From a virus, in the IMG/VR virus record IMGVR_UViG_2974497520_000001, positions 68,091 to 132,090 of that record: DNA of 64,000 nt; one strand, given 5' to 3'. The notes under the pieces were generated by a model. That model did no database searches, was not told the origin of the DNA, and saw only the letters and a list, made by a program, of their open reading frames with translations. Below, piece by piece: positions 41,608-52,039 of the stretch; position 1 is the stretch's first letter; each line of letters opens with the position of its first letter. The position numbers and the translations under genes were made by a program.

Positions 41608-42456
41608 TTAATAAATGTAATCGTATATAATACCAGCTTCTAAAGCGGTGCGATGAATAATTCGACCATTACGAGATTCTTGTACATCAACCTCTGAATA
41701 GTCGGTAATCATTTTTTGAAGTGTATATCGGTGCAAATAATACGGGCTATCCGGGTCATCTGTTTTCCAGTCTTTGCCTTCAAGAGTCATTTTCTGGATT
41801 TCATCCATAACCCACCAACCAACCCAAATATATGCTGAATTACGAACAGGGAGTGGATGAACGTAAGGTAATTCGCCATCCAGAACCGGTGCGACTTTAG
41901 CCGTGACTGTTACATTACCGGTTTTTGTGACAGTCGCCGGGTTATAATCAGTCGCCGAAACCACAACAGAAACTTCAATAACCTGTGAACCTTCAGTGCT
42001 TGTATCGATTGCTAGAGTATCCGTGGTGCCAACTACAGGAGAACCGTCTTTCTTCCAAGAATAGGCAAAAGTAGCACCAGCAGGAGCGCCGACCACATCC
42101 GCTTTAAAAGAAGCTGGAGTGCCTTCCGGAACATTAATCGAAGCTGGGGTTAATGTCACAGAAACACCAGTCATAGTTTTATTCTGGATAGTTAAAGTCG
42201 TCTCAGCTTCAGCAGTTTCCGGTTCGCCGTCCGCTGGTGTAGTTGTTGCAACAACTTTAATAGTCTTGCTGCCTGCTGGACCAACAGCAACATAATCCAT
42301 TGCAGCAGTCACAGAAGATTGAGGAACGCCATCAACAGTCCAGACAAATGATTCAGTACCTTCAGCTGCAGCACCGGAACCGGTCGCAGTGAAATTGGTT
42401 GTTGCTCCAATAACGGCCGTAGCCGCCGAAGGAGAAATATCTACGGTATAAGCCAT
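41608..42456 (-). CDS. hoc: Hoc head outer capsid protein (two Ig-like domains)
   Basis: Two Ig-like repeats (FVWTVDG, YSWKKDG) plus the C-terminal capsid-binding domain with ESRNG. Confidence 0.92.
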   Translation of the reverse strand: MAYTVDISPSAATAVIGATTNFTATGSGAAAEGTESFVWTVDGVPQSSVTAAMDYVAVGPAGSKTIKVVATTTPADGEPETAEAETTLTIQNKTMTGVSVTLTPASINVPEGTPASFKADVVGAPAGATFAYSWKKDGSPVVGTTDTLAIDTSTEGSQVIEVSVVVSATDYNPATVTKTGNVTVTAKVAPVLDGELPYVHPLPVRNSAYIWVGWWVMDEIQKMTLEGKDWKTDDPDSPYYLHRYTLQKMITDYSEVDVQESRNGRIIHRTALEAGIIYDYIY

Positions 42457-42465
42457 AATAAACCC

Positions 42466-43137
42466 TTATTTTAAAGTGACAAAAGATGAGTTACGAGTTT
42501 CTCGTACTAGAACAGACCCATTACGATTGATGTAATAAATCAAGCTGAATAGTGTTTGGTGTGCGGTAGGATGTTGGAAACTGGTTGGACGTTCTTTCCA
42601 ATCCGGAGTCTCAGAAATCCATTGGTAAATCCACCAAGGAACGGTGCAATAACCTGGGTTCTTACCGATAAGCAAAAGATTAGGACTGAAGTTTTCAGGT
42701 AAAGAGAATACAGGTTTTTCAGATTCAACAACCTTGGCTATAGCCCCTTTGAATTTCTCTTCGTCAAATGGAACATCCTCTTCGATAATCTCTACCTTAG
42801 GAAGTTCGGCTACCTCAACGACTTCTACTGCAGCCTCAGGGGCATCGAACAACAGGGTGGCTTCTTCTTTAGCTGGTTCAGCACCATCAACAAATTCGTT
42901 AGCACCTGTAAGTTCGTCGGCAGCATCAATCAAATCAGAAATGGACAACCCTTCGGTTTCTGGGAGTGGTTCGTCAGCCAAGGCTTTAAGGCCTTCAGAG
43001 ATATCGATAATCAAATTATCAAACGAACGGGTTTTCTTAAGTTTTAAACCGAACTGTTCGCCGTATTCGATTAACTTAGCTTTAGCTTCTTTTTTATCTT
43101 CGAGTGCACGAAGCTCTTCAATATATTGAGTATCCAT
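42466..43137 (-). CDS. inh: Inh, inhibitor of prohead protease
   Basis: FSPNLLLIGKNPGYCTVPWWIYQWI; RETRNSSF. Confidence 0.92.
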   Translation of the reverse strand: MDTQYIEELRALEDKKEAKAKLIEYGEQFGLKLKKTRSFDNLIIDISEGLKALADEPLPETEGLSISDLIDAADELTGANEFVDGAEPAKEEATLLFDAPEAAVEVVEVAELPKVEIIEEDVPFDEEKFKGAIAKVVESEKPVFSLPENFSPNLLLIGKNPGYCTVPWWIYQWISETPDWKERPTSFQHPTAHQTLFSLIYYINRNGSVLVRETRNSSFVTLK

Positions 43138-43156
43138 AATTAGTCTCTTGTTGGTG

Positions 43157-43178
43157 TATAAATATAACTATATTTATA
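43157..43178. promoter_or_regulatory. Divergent late promoters (uvsW and inh/hoc)
   Basis: TATAAATA 43157-43164 (+) and 43171-43178 (-). Confidence 0.85.
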
Positions 43179-43192
43179 ACTGAGAATTACTT

Positions 43193-44689
43193 ATGCAAAT
43201 TCAAGTACATTTTGATAATTTTAGTCATGTCCGTATTGAATGCGATGAATCTACATTCTACGAACTCAGAGACTATTTTAGCTTTGAAGCTGATGGATAT
43301 AAATTCAACCCTAAATTTCGTTATGGTCAATGGGACGGACGTATTCGCCTTCTGGATTACAACCGTAAACTTCCTTATGGATTGGTCCCTCAAATTAAAA
43401 AGTTCGCTGAACAATTTGAATACTCTCTGTGGATTGACCCACGTATTCTTGAACAGGAAGATATTTCTCGTGAAGATTTTGATTCATGGGTGGCTTCTCA
43501 AGAAATTTATTCAGGGTCTACCAAGATTGAGCCTCATTGGTATCAGAATGAAGCCGTATACAACGGCCTGACAAAACGTCGCGCAATTCTGAATTTACCT
43601 ACATCTGCAGGTAAATCATTAATCCAGGCACTCCTGAGTCGATATTACGTTGAGAACTATGAAGGTAAAATCCTCATCTTAGTTCCTACTACTGCACTTG
43701 TCGACCAGATGATTAACGACTTCATCGATTATCGTCTGTTCCCTAAAGCCGCAATGCTTGGTATTCGTTCAGGTACTGCTCGTGATTCCGATGCAATGAT
43801 TTATGTTTCAACTTATCAAACCGCTATCAAGCAACCTAAAGAATGGTTTGCTCAGTTCGGTATGTTTATGAACGACGAATGCCATTTGGCTACAGGTAAA
43901 TCTATTTCTACTATCATCGAAGGCCTAACCAACTGTATGTTTAAATTCGGTTTGTCTGGTTCTTTAAAAGATGGTAAAGCTAATTTAATGCAATATATGG
44001 GTTTGTTTGGTGATGTGTTTAAGCCAGTATCCACCTCCCAGTTAATGGAAGAAGGACAGGTTACTGACCTTAAAATCAACAGTATTTTCCTTCGATACCC
44101 AGACGAATTCACGGTTAAAATGAAAGGTAAAGATTACCAATCAGAAATCAAGGTCATTACTAAGGCTACTCGTCGTAATAAATGGGTTGCTAATTTAGCT
44201 GTTAAACTCGCTAAGAAAGAAGAGAACGTATTCCTGATGTTTAAAAACATCGAACACGGTAAAACTCTTTTTGAAATGGTTAAAGAGCAACATAAAGAAG
44301 TTTATTACGTATCAGGTGAAGTTAATACCGAAACGCGTAATGCTCTGAAAGTAATGGCGGAAAATGGTAAGGGTATTATTGTTGTGGCAAGTTATGGTGT
44401 GTTCTCTACTGGTATTTCCGTTAAGAACCTTCACCACGTTGTATTTGCCCATCCAGTAAAATCTAAAATCATTGTACTCCAGACAATTGGTCGTGTACTC
44501 CGTAAACATGCCTCTAAATCAACAGCACAGGTGTGGGATATCATCGACGACATGGGTGTTAAGCCTAAATCAGCTACGGCTAAAAAGAAATATGTTCATT
44601 TGAACTATGCCCTCAAACACGCTTTAGAACGTATTCAACGTTATGCTGATGAGAAATTTAATTACGTAATGAAACAGGTGGATTTATGA
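43193..44689 (+). CDS. uvsW: UvsW SF2 helicase
   Basis: LPTSAGKS, NDECH, LQTIGRVLR. Confidence 0.97.
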   Translation: MQIQVHFDNFSHVRIECDESTFYELRDYFSFEADGYKFNPKFRYGQWDGRIRLLDYNRKLPYGLVPQIKKFAEQFEYSLWIDPRILEQEDISREDFDSWVASQEIYSGSTKIEPHWYQNEAVYNGLTKRRAILNLPTSAGKSLIQALLSRYYVENYEGKILILVPTTALVDQMINDFIDYRLFPKAAMLGIRSGTARDSDAMIYVSTYQTAIKQPKEWFAQFGMFMNDECHLATGKSISTIIEGLTNCMFKFGLSGSLKDGKANLMQYMGLFGDVFKPVSTSQLMEEGQVTDLKINSIFLRYPDEFTVKMKGKDYQSEIKVITKATRRNKWVANLAVKLAKKEENVFLMFKNIEHGKTLFEMVKEQHKEVYYVSGEVNTETRNALKVMAENGKGIIVVASYGVFSTGISVKNLHHVVFAHPVKSKIIVLQTIGRVLRKHASKSTAQVWDIIDDMGVKPKSATAKKKYVHLNYALKHALERIQRYADEKFNYVMKQVDL

Positions 44690-44913
44690 AAACCTTTAAA
44701 GAAGTTATTCAAGAAGCATCTATTGAAAGCTTCATGGCTAAAATTGGTTCTTGTCAGACTATGGATGGTCTGAAGGAATTGGAAAAGTATTACAAAACTC
44801 GTAGTAAGGAAGCCGAACTTCGTGATTCGGATGATATTAGCGTGCGTGATGCATTGGCTGGTAAGAGAGCTGAATTGGAGTCGATGGACGACGAGGAAGA
44901 GGAAGATTTCTAA
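44686..44913 (+). CDS. uvsW.1: UvsW.1
   Basis: KIGSCQTMDGLKELEKYY...DDISVRDALAGKRAELE. Confidence 0.9.
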   Translation: MKTFKEVIQEASIESFMAKIGSCQTMDGLKELEKYYKTRSKEAELRDSDDISVRDALAGKRAELESMDDEEEEDF

Positions 44914-44914
44914 A

Positions 44915-44943
44915 CAAAAAAGGCCCAACCTTTCGGAAGGGCC
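44915..44943 (-). terminator. Terminator of the uvsY operon
   Basis: GGCCC-TTCCGAAAGGTT-GGGCC-TTTTTT. Confidence 0.8.
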
Positions 44944-44972
44944 AATAACCATAAATGGCTATACACACTAGA

Positions 44973-45140
44973 CTAAAGTAGTAATTGGGTTTCGTTCAGC
45001 TGTTCTTCAGTGTTTTCCGTAACCGGCAAGCTTTGAACGTAATTATAGCATGAGCCCGGATGAACCGGACCTTTTTCTGTTTCAACAACCAATGCAGCAT
45101 CGATTGGAGTTTTACAGACAACGCAAATCTTATCTGACAT
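44973..45140 (-). CDS. uvsY.-2: UvsY.-2 small Cys/His protein (55 aa)
   Basis: Hand-translated MSDKICVVCKTPIDAALVVETEKGPVHPGSCYNY...; GGAG Shine-Dalgarno. Confidence 0.85.
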   Translation of the reverse strand: MSDKICVVCKTPIDAALVVETEKGPVHPGSCYNYVQSLPVTENTEEQLNETQLLL

Positions 45141-45167
45141 GATTGTCTCCTTAGTTTAACTTACATA

Positions 45168-45267
45168 CCTATTTATTACTTGCTAAAGCAGCATTAATGA
45201 ATTCTTGGAGAAGTTTCATCTTATCGGCATCTACTTTAATGGGTTTGGTATTTTTAGTACGTCTCAT
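45168..45267 (-). CDS. Possible 32-aa peptide in the uvsY.-1 position
   Basis: MRRTKNTKPIKVDADKMKLLQEFINAALASNK; ATG overlaps the uvsY stop (TAATG); end approximate. Confidence 0.4.
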
Positions 45268-45701
45268 TATTTACCCGCCTCAAATTGTCTCATCTCATGC
45301 ATGGTCTTAAGGTTAAAACCACGCGCCTTAATAGCATCAAGTGCTGAACTACAAAAGTCTTGTAATAAAGCCCAATACTGAATTGATGTGTCGATTTTAA
45401 TTACACTAGAATCCGCAGCCATAACGGTCTTTAATTCAGATTTCTCATATTGGTCCATACAAACCTCATCACCAGGCTCTCCACGTCCCGTGTAGAAATC
45501 TAATCGCTTCTTAAGTGAGGTCTTTTTCTGGATTTCTAATCTCATTATTTCTTTCTTACAATTCGTATACAGCCTTAGCCATTTGCTGTGCAGCAAAACG
45601 TTGTTCTGTACTTCATATTGTAAACGAGTTCCATCAATCTTTAAATCCTCGTCTAATGCGTCCTGGAATGATTCTAACTTATATTCAATCTCTTTACTCA
45701 T
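45267..45701 (-). CDS. uvsY: UvsY recombination mediator
   Basis: LDEDLKIDGTRLQYE...FYTGRG...YEKSELK...MRQFEAGK. Confidence 0.95.
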   Translation of the reverse strand: MSKEIEYKLESFQDALDEDLKIDGTRLQYEVQNNVLLHSKWLRLYTNCKKEIMRLEIQKKTSLKKRLDFYTGRGEPGDEVCMDQYEKSELKTVMAADSSVIKIDTSIQYWALLQDFCSSALDAIKARGFNLKTMHEMRQFEAGK

Positions 45702-45732
45702 CGCATGTTTCCTGTGTAATAACCATAGGACC

Positions 45733-45760
45733 ATTATACACTATTCATTTGAACAGCAAT
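45733..45760 (-). promoter_or_regulatory. uvsY middle promoter (position of T4 oriF)
   Basis: ATTGCTGTT, 13-nt spacer, TATAAT. Confidence 0.7.
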
Positions 45761-46149
45761 TAACCACTCTGTGAGAGCTGGATTCTAATTTGCTCTAATG
45801 TATCTGGGTCATCAACGATACTAAACTGAACGGTCACGATAATCGAGTTATCATCGTACACAGGTGTCACACCTACAGCTAGAGCAGAAATTCTGGGTTC
45901 GAAGTTCCGCACTGCGGAAACTATATTACGCTTAATGGTATCCGTGATTAATGGAGTAATATTCTCAAACAATTGGTTGCTGATGTCACAACCGAATTCA
46001 GGCATAAAAGGGCGCGAACCCTTGCGAGTAGTAATAATGCCTAACAAACTATTTTTTACTGCGCGAGCACCTGTAGCTTTAGCGACGTCTCTATTCCAAG
46101 ACGTCCTCATTTCAGGGTCTAAATCTGAATACATTTTATTGATATTCAT
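45760..46149 (-). CDS. 25: gp25 baseplate wedge
   Basis: YSDLDP...RKGSRPFMPEFGC. Confidence 0.95.
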   Translation of the reverse strand: MNINKMYSDLDPEMRTSWNRDVAKATGARAVKNSLLGIITTRKGSRPFMPEFGCDISNQLFENITPLITDTIKRNIVSAVRNFEPRISALAVGVTPVYDDNSIIVTVQFSIVDDPDTLEQIRIQLSQSG

Positions 46150-46772
46150 TACATCACCTTAAAGAACTCTTTAAGTCCCTCAATAACGTGGACGGTGTGT
46201 TCACCACATTCACAAGAAATAGGTATAGCCAAAATAGGCTTAGGGGCGACTAGTGCATCATAAACTTCTTTTATATCTTTTTCTGTTATCACAGAATAAA
46301 GGTCATCAAGTTCCGCATCGCTTAAATCGGAAAGAAAAAGCTTTTCACCTGCAGAAGTTAAAATATAATCGATACACCCGGCGACCATCATAGCTCTATT
46401 TTTATCTTCAAAGAGTTTAGGATATCTGAAAACAATTTTAAAGTTGCCAAAGTCTTTAATAACATCCGGCTCTTTACCCAATGTTGCTCGAGTTAGTGTC
46501 ATAGGGACAACCTGTGAGCGACCACAACTACAACTCCACTCACGTTCTATATTCACTTCAGCTAATGAATGGGCCCACAGGTTTATCACCAGGAGCTCAG
46601 ATTCTTGCTTGTTTAAATCACGGGCATCTGTGCAATTCGAAATGAGTTCATTGATAAAGGACTCTATTCTGCCTTCTAATTTAGCTTGGAGCAAGTCCTT
46701 ATATTCTCTGAGGGTAAATGCTCTGCATTTTATGGTTTTGTTTTTAATTTTTACGTCAAAAGTATAATTCAT
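46149..46772 (-). CDS. 26: gp26 baseplate hub
   Basis: CRAFTLREYKDLL; WSCSCG; CECG. Confidence 0.9.
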   Translation of the reverse strand: MNYTFDVKIKNKTIKCRAFTLREYKDLLQAKLEGRIESFINELISNCTDARDLNKQESELLVINLWAHSLAEVNIEREWSCSCGRSQVVPMTLTRATLGKEPDVIKDFGNFKIVFRYPKLFEDKNRAMMVAGCIDYILTSAGEKLFLSDLSDAELDDLYSVITEKDIKEVYDALVAPKPILAIPISCECGEHTVHVIEGLKEFFKVM

Positions 46773-46790
46773 TGTCTTCTCCTTTAAGCT

Positions 46791-46802
46791 TATTTATAAA
46801 TA
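46791..46802. promoter_or_regulatory. Overlapping divergent late promoters (26 and 51)
   Basis: TATTTATAAATA palindrome. Confidence 0.85.
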
Positions 46803-46822
46803 CATCAATAAGAGGACACCCT

Positions 46823-47575
46823 ATGGCTAATATAGTACGTTGTGAAATGCCTGATGGAGTCCACCGATTTAAACCTTTTACAGTAGCTGATTATCGTGAT
46901 TTTATTTTGATTCGAAATGACATGAATAATAAATCGCCTGAAGAGCAAAAACAAATTTTAGATGAGTTACTGGAAGAATACTTCGGTGAATATCCTATGT
47001 CATGGCGCCCATATATGTTCATTGAACTTTATACGTCATCACTCGGCAAGACCAAAATTCCTATCCGATACACTTGTAGTAAGTGTGAAAAGGATAGACA
47101 AGTTTTATTCAATTTGAAACAGACCAAGTTAGATAATCCCACAATTGAAGTGGCCGGCTTGAAGCTAACATTCAAATTTCCGGAAATAGAATATCAAGAC
47201 AAATCCGAATTGATTCTGAACACCCTCCAAACCGTGGAAGATGAAAACGGGAAATATAATTGGACTGACCTTTCTGAAGAAGACCAATTAGCCGTAATAG
47301 ATGCTATAGACTTATCCACTTTAGAGGATATAGTCAAACAAACTAGCCCTATTAATTTTGAACTAAAATATGGATGCTGTAATCGTAGAACAATTACGTA
47401 TACCGATATTTTAGAGGTGTTTAAGCTTATAGTCAACCCGGATGAGATATTTTTATTTTACCAAATAAACCATTTATTGGTAAAGAACAATTATTCATTA
47501 GAAAGCATTATGCAGATGATTCCAATCGAACGCGGTATTGCTTTGTCTTTGGTTGAAAAGGACCTTAAGAAATGA
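46823..47575 (+). CDS. 51: gp51 hub assembly chaperone
   Basis: [24 protein letters not shown]. Confidence 0.92.
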   Translation: MANIVRCEMPDGVHRFKPFTVADYRDFILIRNDMNNKSPEEQKQILDELLEEYFGEYPMSWRPYMFIELYTSSLGKTKIPIRYTCSKCEKDRQVLFNLKQTKLDNPTIEVAGLKLTFKFPEIEYQDKSELILNTLQTVEDENGKYNWTDLSEEDQLAVIDAIDLSTLEDIVKQTSPINFELKYGCCNRRTITYTDILEVFKLIVNPDEIFLFYQINHLLVKNNYSLESIMQMIPIERGIALSLVEKDLKK

Positions 47576-48741
47576 GTTCAAAAACTATGCAACGTGAAGG
47601 CTTTCCTAATATTAGTATACGCCTTTACGAAGATTATGACGCCTGGTTAGAGCATCGTTTTGTTGAACTAGGCGCGACATTTACTACTCTAACAATGCGA
47701 GATGGGCTTTACGGTAGTAATGAAGGGTTGCTTCAGTTTTATGATGCAAAGAACCTTCATACTAAAATGGATGGTGAGCAGATTATTCAAATTTCTGTTA
47801 AGAATGCTAACTCTGAACGTACCCAATCAAGAATTTATGGAAGTAAACACTTTGCTGTAGGAGTGGATTCGAAGGGCGACAATATCATAACAATACAACT
47901 CGCCCCAATCCACTTTTTAGAGAATCTTAAATTTAGTCGTATGTTCTTCCCGAGTGTTCAAGAAACATTAACTGAAATGATTGGTGTTATTTATCAAGAC
48001 CGTCCGCTTCTTGCTCCTCCTTTGAACGGGATAAACGTTTACGTTCCTAATGTTCCTTGGTGTGATTCAATGGACCGTTATATGGAATTTGTACGAGAAG
48101 TAGGTATGGCCGTTGAATCTGATAAATTTGTATTTGTCTGGGAAGATATAGATGGTATTTCTATCATGGACTACGAATTTATGGTTAACCAAGAGCCTAT
48201 TAATTTTGTAGTGGGTGAACCGCGATTAATAGGTCAATACGTTCAAGATATGGATACACCTATCGCATTTGATTTTGAATGGTTAACTAAAGCCAACCAA
48301 CATTCCAGAAAACCATATGAAAACGCTACTGTATACGCCCACTCTTTCTTAGACAAAAACGCCACACGAATTACTTTTGGTGACGGGCAAAACAGTATAT
48401 TGGTTTCTCGCTCCGGTGGATATTCTGATTATACCTACCGAAACGGTTTTGAAGAAGCCGATAGATTAGTTACTATGGCCCAATACGATGGATACGCTCA
48501 TTGTAAGGTATATGGTAACTTTGAACTAACTCCAGGCGATAAGATTAATTTCTATGACCCTAAAAACCAATTCCAGTACGATTTTTATGTAGACGAAGTT
48601 ATTCATGAAGTGAGTAACAATACATCAATTACAAACCTTTATATGTTTACTAATGGTAAGCCTATTAAGATTGAAGAACCGCCGAAGGTTAAAAATGAAC
48701 TTAAAACTGATACTCCCGATCAAGAAAATAACGCTGGGTGA
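47572..48741 (+). CDS. 27: gp27 baseplate hub
   Basis: [19 protein letters not shown]; TMAQYDGYA. Confidence 0.95.
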   Translation: MSSKTMQREGFPNISIRLYEDYDAWLEHRFVELGATFTTLTMRDGLYGSNEGLLQFYDAKNLHTKMDGEQIIQISVKNANSERTQSRIYGSKHFAVGVDSKGDNIITIQLAPIHFLENLKFSRMFFPSVQETLTEMIGVIYQDRPLLAPPLNGINVYVPNVPWCDSMDRYMEFVREVGMAVESDKFVFVWEDIDGISIMDYEFMVNQEPINFVVGEPRLIGQYVQDMDTPIAFDFEWLTKANQHSRKPYENATVYAHSFLDKNATRITFGDGQNSILVSRSGGYSDYTYRNGFEEADRLVTMAQYDGYAHCKVYGNFELTPGDKINFYDPKNQFQYDFYVDEVIHEVSNNTSITNLYMFTNGKPIKIEEPPKVKNELKTDTPDQENNAG

Positions 48742-49222
48742 CAAAGAGATTTCCATTCCTAAATTGGGTCTTAAACACCAGAAATTGGTTAAAGATGAAA
48801 AGGACCCTTACAAGGCCCTCTATATGACAATGGAATCTATTTGTAAAGGACTGTCTGCAGCAGAAACAGATTTTGCTGCTTTACACCTTTTAGAATTCAA
48901 CGGACGATTAAAAGAAAAAGTAACTAAAGATGGATTCACATATAATTTAAATGACCTTTATATTTGCCAACGACTTGAATTCCAGTTCCAAGGTAAAACG
49001 TTTAAATTTAAATCACATGAACCATTTCAAACATTTGGTCCTGTTGATAGTGTACTACAATCTCTTTATCTTGGTGATGATGTACCAGATTTTCTGGATA
49101 TGCCTGCCTTTGTTGCTACATGGGCCGACGATATAACTTCTACTGTAGCTATCCCTGGTCCTAATGGTCCTATCAAAGGATTGCTTAAAATCATGGATAT
49201 CTTAAATGAAGAACGAATCTAA
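48695..49222 (+). CDS. 28: gp28 hub distal subunit
   Basis: IPKLGLKH; DFLDMPAFV; synteny. Confidence 0.9.
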   Translation: MNLKLILPIKKITLGDKEISIPKLGLKHQKLVKDEKDPYKALYMTMESICKGLSAAETDFAALHLLEFNGRLKEKVTKDGFTYNLNDLYICQRLEFQFQGKTFKFKSHEPFQTFGPVDSVLQSLYLGDDVPDFLDMPAFVATWADDITSTVAIPGPNGPIKGLLKIMDILNEERI

Positions 49223-50942
49223 TCAGAATAGTTTTCGTCGCAATAAACTGATTGAAGAAATGGCTCCTCAGCGTCGTGCTGAGGCGCTAGCCCAAACTCA
49301 GAACGACGAATTAGGAAATATATCAGATGTTTTATCCGATTCCCAGGCGGCGTCTGAATTGCTCTCTGAAGTTGTTGAGACAAAGTCTAACCAGATTATT
49401 AATTCTGTAGACCGAGTAGACAAAAGCGTCCAAGATGTTGTCGCTGGAACAGAATTAACGGCCGAAGCCATATCAGAACAAACCCAACAGTCTAAAGCTC
49501 TTTCGGATGCATTAAACGAAAAGATTAATAAGCTTTCTAATATGTTGGAGGCTAAATTTTCTGGTATTTCTATTCCACCGGAAGGGAGCTCATTAAAGGT
49601 TATTGAAGACTCTATTCCAGAAGAACCTAAGGCCGAAACTCCTAAAGTTCCTGCTGTTGTTGAAGATATTCTTCCACCTGAAGATAATAAACCTGACGCC
49701 GAATTTATGCCTGAGCCTCCTAAAAATTCAGATGAAGGTAAAGAAGGTGATAAGACTTCTCTTTCCGAGAAAATCGAAGCCCTTACTAAAATAACTGAAA
49801 AGGGATTTAAAGCTTCTATAGGCGTCGCTGATAGAATTTCAGGCATGCTTTTTAAGTATACCATTACCGCTGCCGCTGAAGCTGCTAAACTCGCAGCAGG
49901 TTTAGTCCTTTTAATATTTGGTATAGATGCCATTCGCGTATACTTCCAATATTTCATGGACCAATTTGAGTCAGGGTGGAAAGAATTTAACGATAAGTTT
50001 AAAGAGTGGGGACCATTACTTGAAGGGCTAATGACATGGGCCAAGAATGCTGAAGCCATGTTTAGTGAAGGAAACTGGTTAGGTCTGGCTGAAGCTATTA
50101 TTCGTGGTATGGTTAATCTTACCAAAAATATGGCACAACTTTTAATGCTTGGTATTTCTAAGTTGATTTCTGCTATTTTAAGTAAAATACCTGGTATGGG
50201 TGATTTAGCTGAAAACGTAGAGGCTTCTGCTTTAATGTCATATCAGCAAAATACCGGAGCCACTTTGGACGATGAAGACCAAACTAAAGTGGCCAAGTAC
50301 CATGATAGACGTTCAGCCGAGGCTTTAGAAACAGCCGAGAAAATGAATAAGAAGTATAAGGATAAACCTGAGCTTATAAACCAGGCAGAGAAATACGGTA
50401 ATCTTACTAAAGAACAAGCCGACCAATTACGCGCAGGTGGAATTGACACAAGCTTCCGTGACCTCCCTGAAGAAGAACGTTTAGAGTATTTCAAGAAACG
50501 TGATAAAGCTCAGGCTGATATTATTCGTTTGACACAAACCGCTGATAATATAATGAAGCCAGATTCTAAAGATATCGAAAATGCTAAAGCATTTAAAGCT
50601 GATATCGAGAAACAATTGGCAGACCCTATTATGGCTAAAGGTGGGGCACCGAAAGACCTTAATATCCAGCAATTACTCGATAAGATGAATAAATCTTTAG
50701 AGAAATTTAATGAAGCTGAAAAGCCTAAACCTGCTTCTGTAGCGGAATCTCCTGAAAATACCCAGGTTAAAAAGGTTGATGAGCAAATGAGAGCAAAGGA
50801 AAATGCTAAATATAGTCAGCAAGCTCCAACTCAAATAAATCAGCAAACGAATATCAAGAAAACGAGTAAGACAAGCTATAATATGCCCCCACAGTCCTCT
50901 ACTCCGGCCCCTGGTATGCGTCAAGCTACTAAAGTTAATTAG
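49206..50942 (+). CDS. 29: gp29 tape measure
   Basis: SFRRNKLIEEMAPQRRAEALA; DRISGMLFKYT. Confidence 0.92.
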   Translation: MKNESNQNSFRRNKLIEEMAPQRRAEALAQTQNDELGNISDVLSDSQAASELLSEVVETKSNQIINSVDRVDKSVQDVVAGTELTAEAISEQTQQSKALSDALNEKINKLSNMLEAKFSGISIPPEGSSLKVIEDSIPEEPKAETPKVPAVVEDILPPEDNKPDAEFMPEPPKNSDEGKEGDKTSLSEKIEALTKITEKGFKASIGVADRISGMLFKYTITAAAEAAKLAAGLVLLIFGIDAIRVYFQYFMDQFESGWKEFNDKFKEWGPLLEGLMTWAKNAEAMFSEGNWLGLAEAIIRGMVNLTKNMAQLLMLGISKLISAILSKIPGMGDLAENVEASALMSYQQNTGATLDDEDQTKVAKYHDRRSAEALETAEKMNKKYKDKPELINQAEKYGNLTKEQADQLRAGGIDTSFRDLPEEERLEYFKKRDKAQADIIRLTQTADNIMKPDSKDIENAKAFKADIEKQLADPIMAKGGAPKDLNIQQLLDKMNKSLEKFNEAEKPKPASVAESPENTQVKKVDEQMRAKENAKYSQQAPTQINQQTNIKKTSKTSYNMPPQSSTPAPGMRQATKVN

Positions 50943-50950
50943 GATTAATA

Positions 50951-52039
50951 ATGAAAGTAAAAGAACTTGACTTTGATGTAGCCTCCTTGTTTAAAGGAGG
51001 TTCAAAGACCTCCGCAGGTCAATCTAAAACACCAGCAATAAAAACCACGGTAACCGCTCAGTATCCAGCTGAGCGTGCTTCAGGTAATGATACCTCAACC
51101 GATATGGTATTAAACGACCTCTATAAAAACGGATTGCTTTTTACTGCATATAATTTTAGTTCTCGTGTATCTCCGGATTTGCGTAACGACCGTTCGAGTC
51201 AAATGACTAAAAAGTTCTCAAGTGCAGCCAACAAATTAACAGGCAATAGTGGAACATATAGTGCTGTTAAAAACTTATTTGGTGGAAATACTAAGGGCGT
51301 TAAATTTGATACCCAAGCCTTAGCTAATATCCTTTTACCTCGTTCTAAATCTGATGTGGATTCCGTATCACACAAATTTAATGATGTTGGTGAGTCCTTA
51401 ATTACTAAAGGCGGTGGTACTGCTACAGGTATTTTAAGTAACGTTGCTAGTACCGCGGTATTTGGTGCATTAGAATCTGTGACTAACGGCGTAATGGCTG
51501 ATTCAGGCGAACAGATATACACTACAGCTCGTAGTATGTACGCCGGTCCGGATAACCGTACTAAGGTATTCACTTGGGAAATGACTCCACGAAATGCCCA
51601 AGACCTTATCCAGATTATTAAAATATACGAAATCTTCAACTATTATTCTTACGGCGAAACGGGTAATTCGGCTTTCGCAGGTGAATTAAAAGAGAAGATT
51701 GATACTTGGTATCGTTCTACATTTAAAAAAGAAGCTATTGACAAGTTTGATGGTAAGCTATTAGGGGAAAGTATTACAAGCTTCCTTTCTAATGTTATTG
51801 TGGTAAGTAACCCAACCATTTGGTATATCCGAAACTTTGGTGATAGCAGTTCATATGATGGTCGTGAAGATATTTTTGGCCCATGCCAAATCCAGAGTAT
51901 CCGTTTTGATAAAACTCCGGACGGCCATTTTAACGGATTGGCTATTGCTCCTAACTTACCATCTACGTTTAGTTTAGAAGTTACTTTCCGTGAAATTATT
52001 ACTCTGAACCGTGGCTCACTTTATACGGAAGGATTCTAA
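50951..52039 (+). CDS. 48: gp48 tail tube assembly
   Basis: AQYPAERASGND; FGPCQIQSIRFDKTPDG. Confidence 0.95.
   Translation: MKVKELDFDVASLFKGGSKTSAGQSKTPAIKTTVTAQYPAERASGNDTSTDMVLNDLYKNGLLFTAYNFSSRVSPDLRNDRSSQMTKKFSSAANKLTGNSGTYSAVKNLFGGNTKGVKFDTQALANILLPRSKSDVDSVSHKFNDVGESLITKGGGTATGILSNVASTAVFGALESVTNGVMADSGEQIYTTARSMYAGPDNRTKVFTWEMTPRNAQDLIQIIKIYEIFNYYSYGETGNSAFAGELKEKIDTWYRSTFKKEAIDKFDGKLLGESITSFLSNVIVVSNPTIWYIRNFGDSSSYDGREDIFGPCQIQSIRFDKTPDGHFNGLAIAPNLPSTFSLEVTFREIITLNRGSLYTEGF

Noticed and set aside
43193-44913. uvsW split into two ORFs as a frameshift or pseudogene
   Set aside because: uvsW and uvsW.1 are separate genes in T4 as well.
49298-50125. 275-aa Ser-rich ORF antisense to gene 29
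   Set aside because: Composition mirrors the sense-strand codons; no expression signals.
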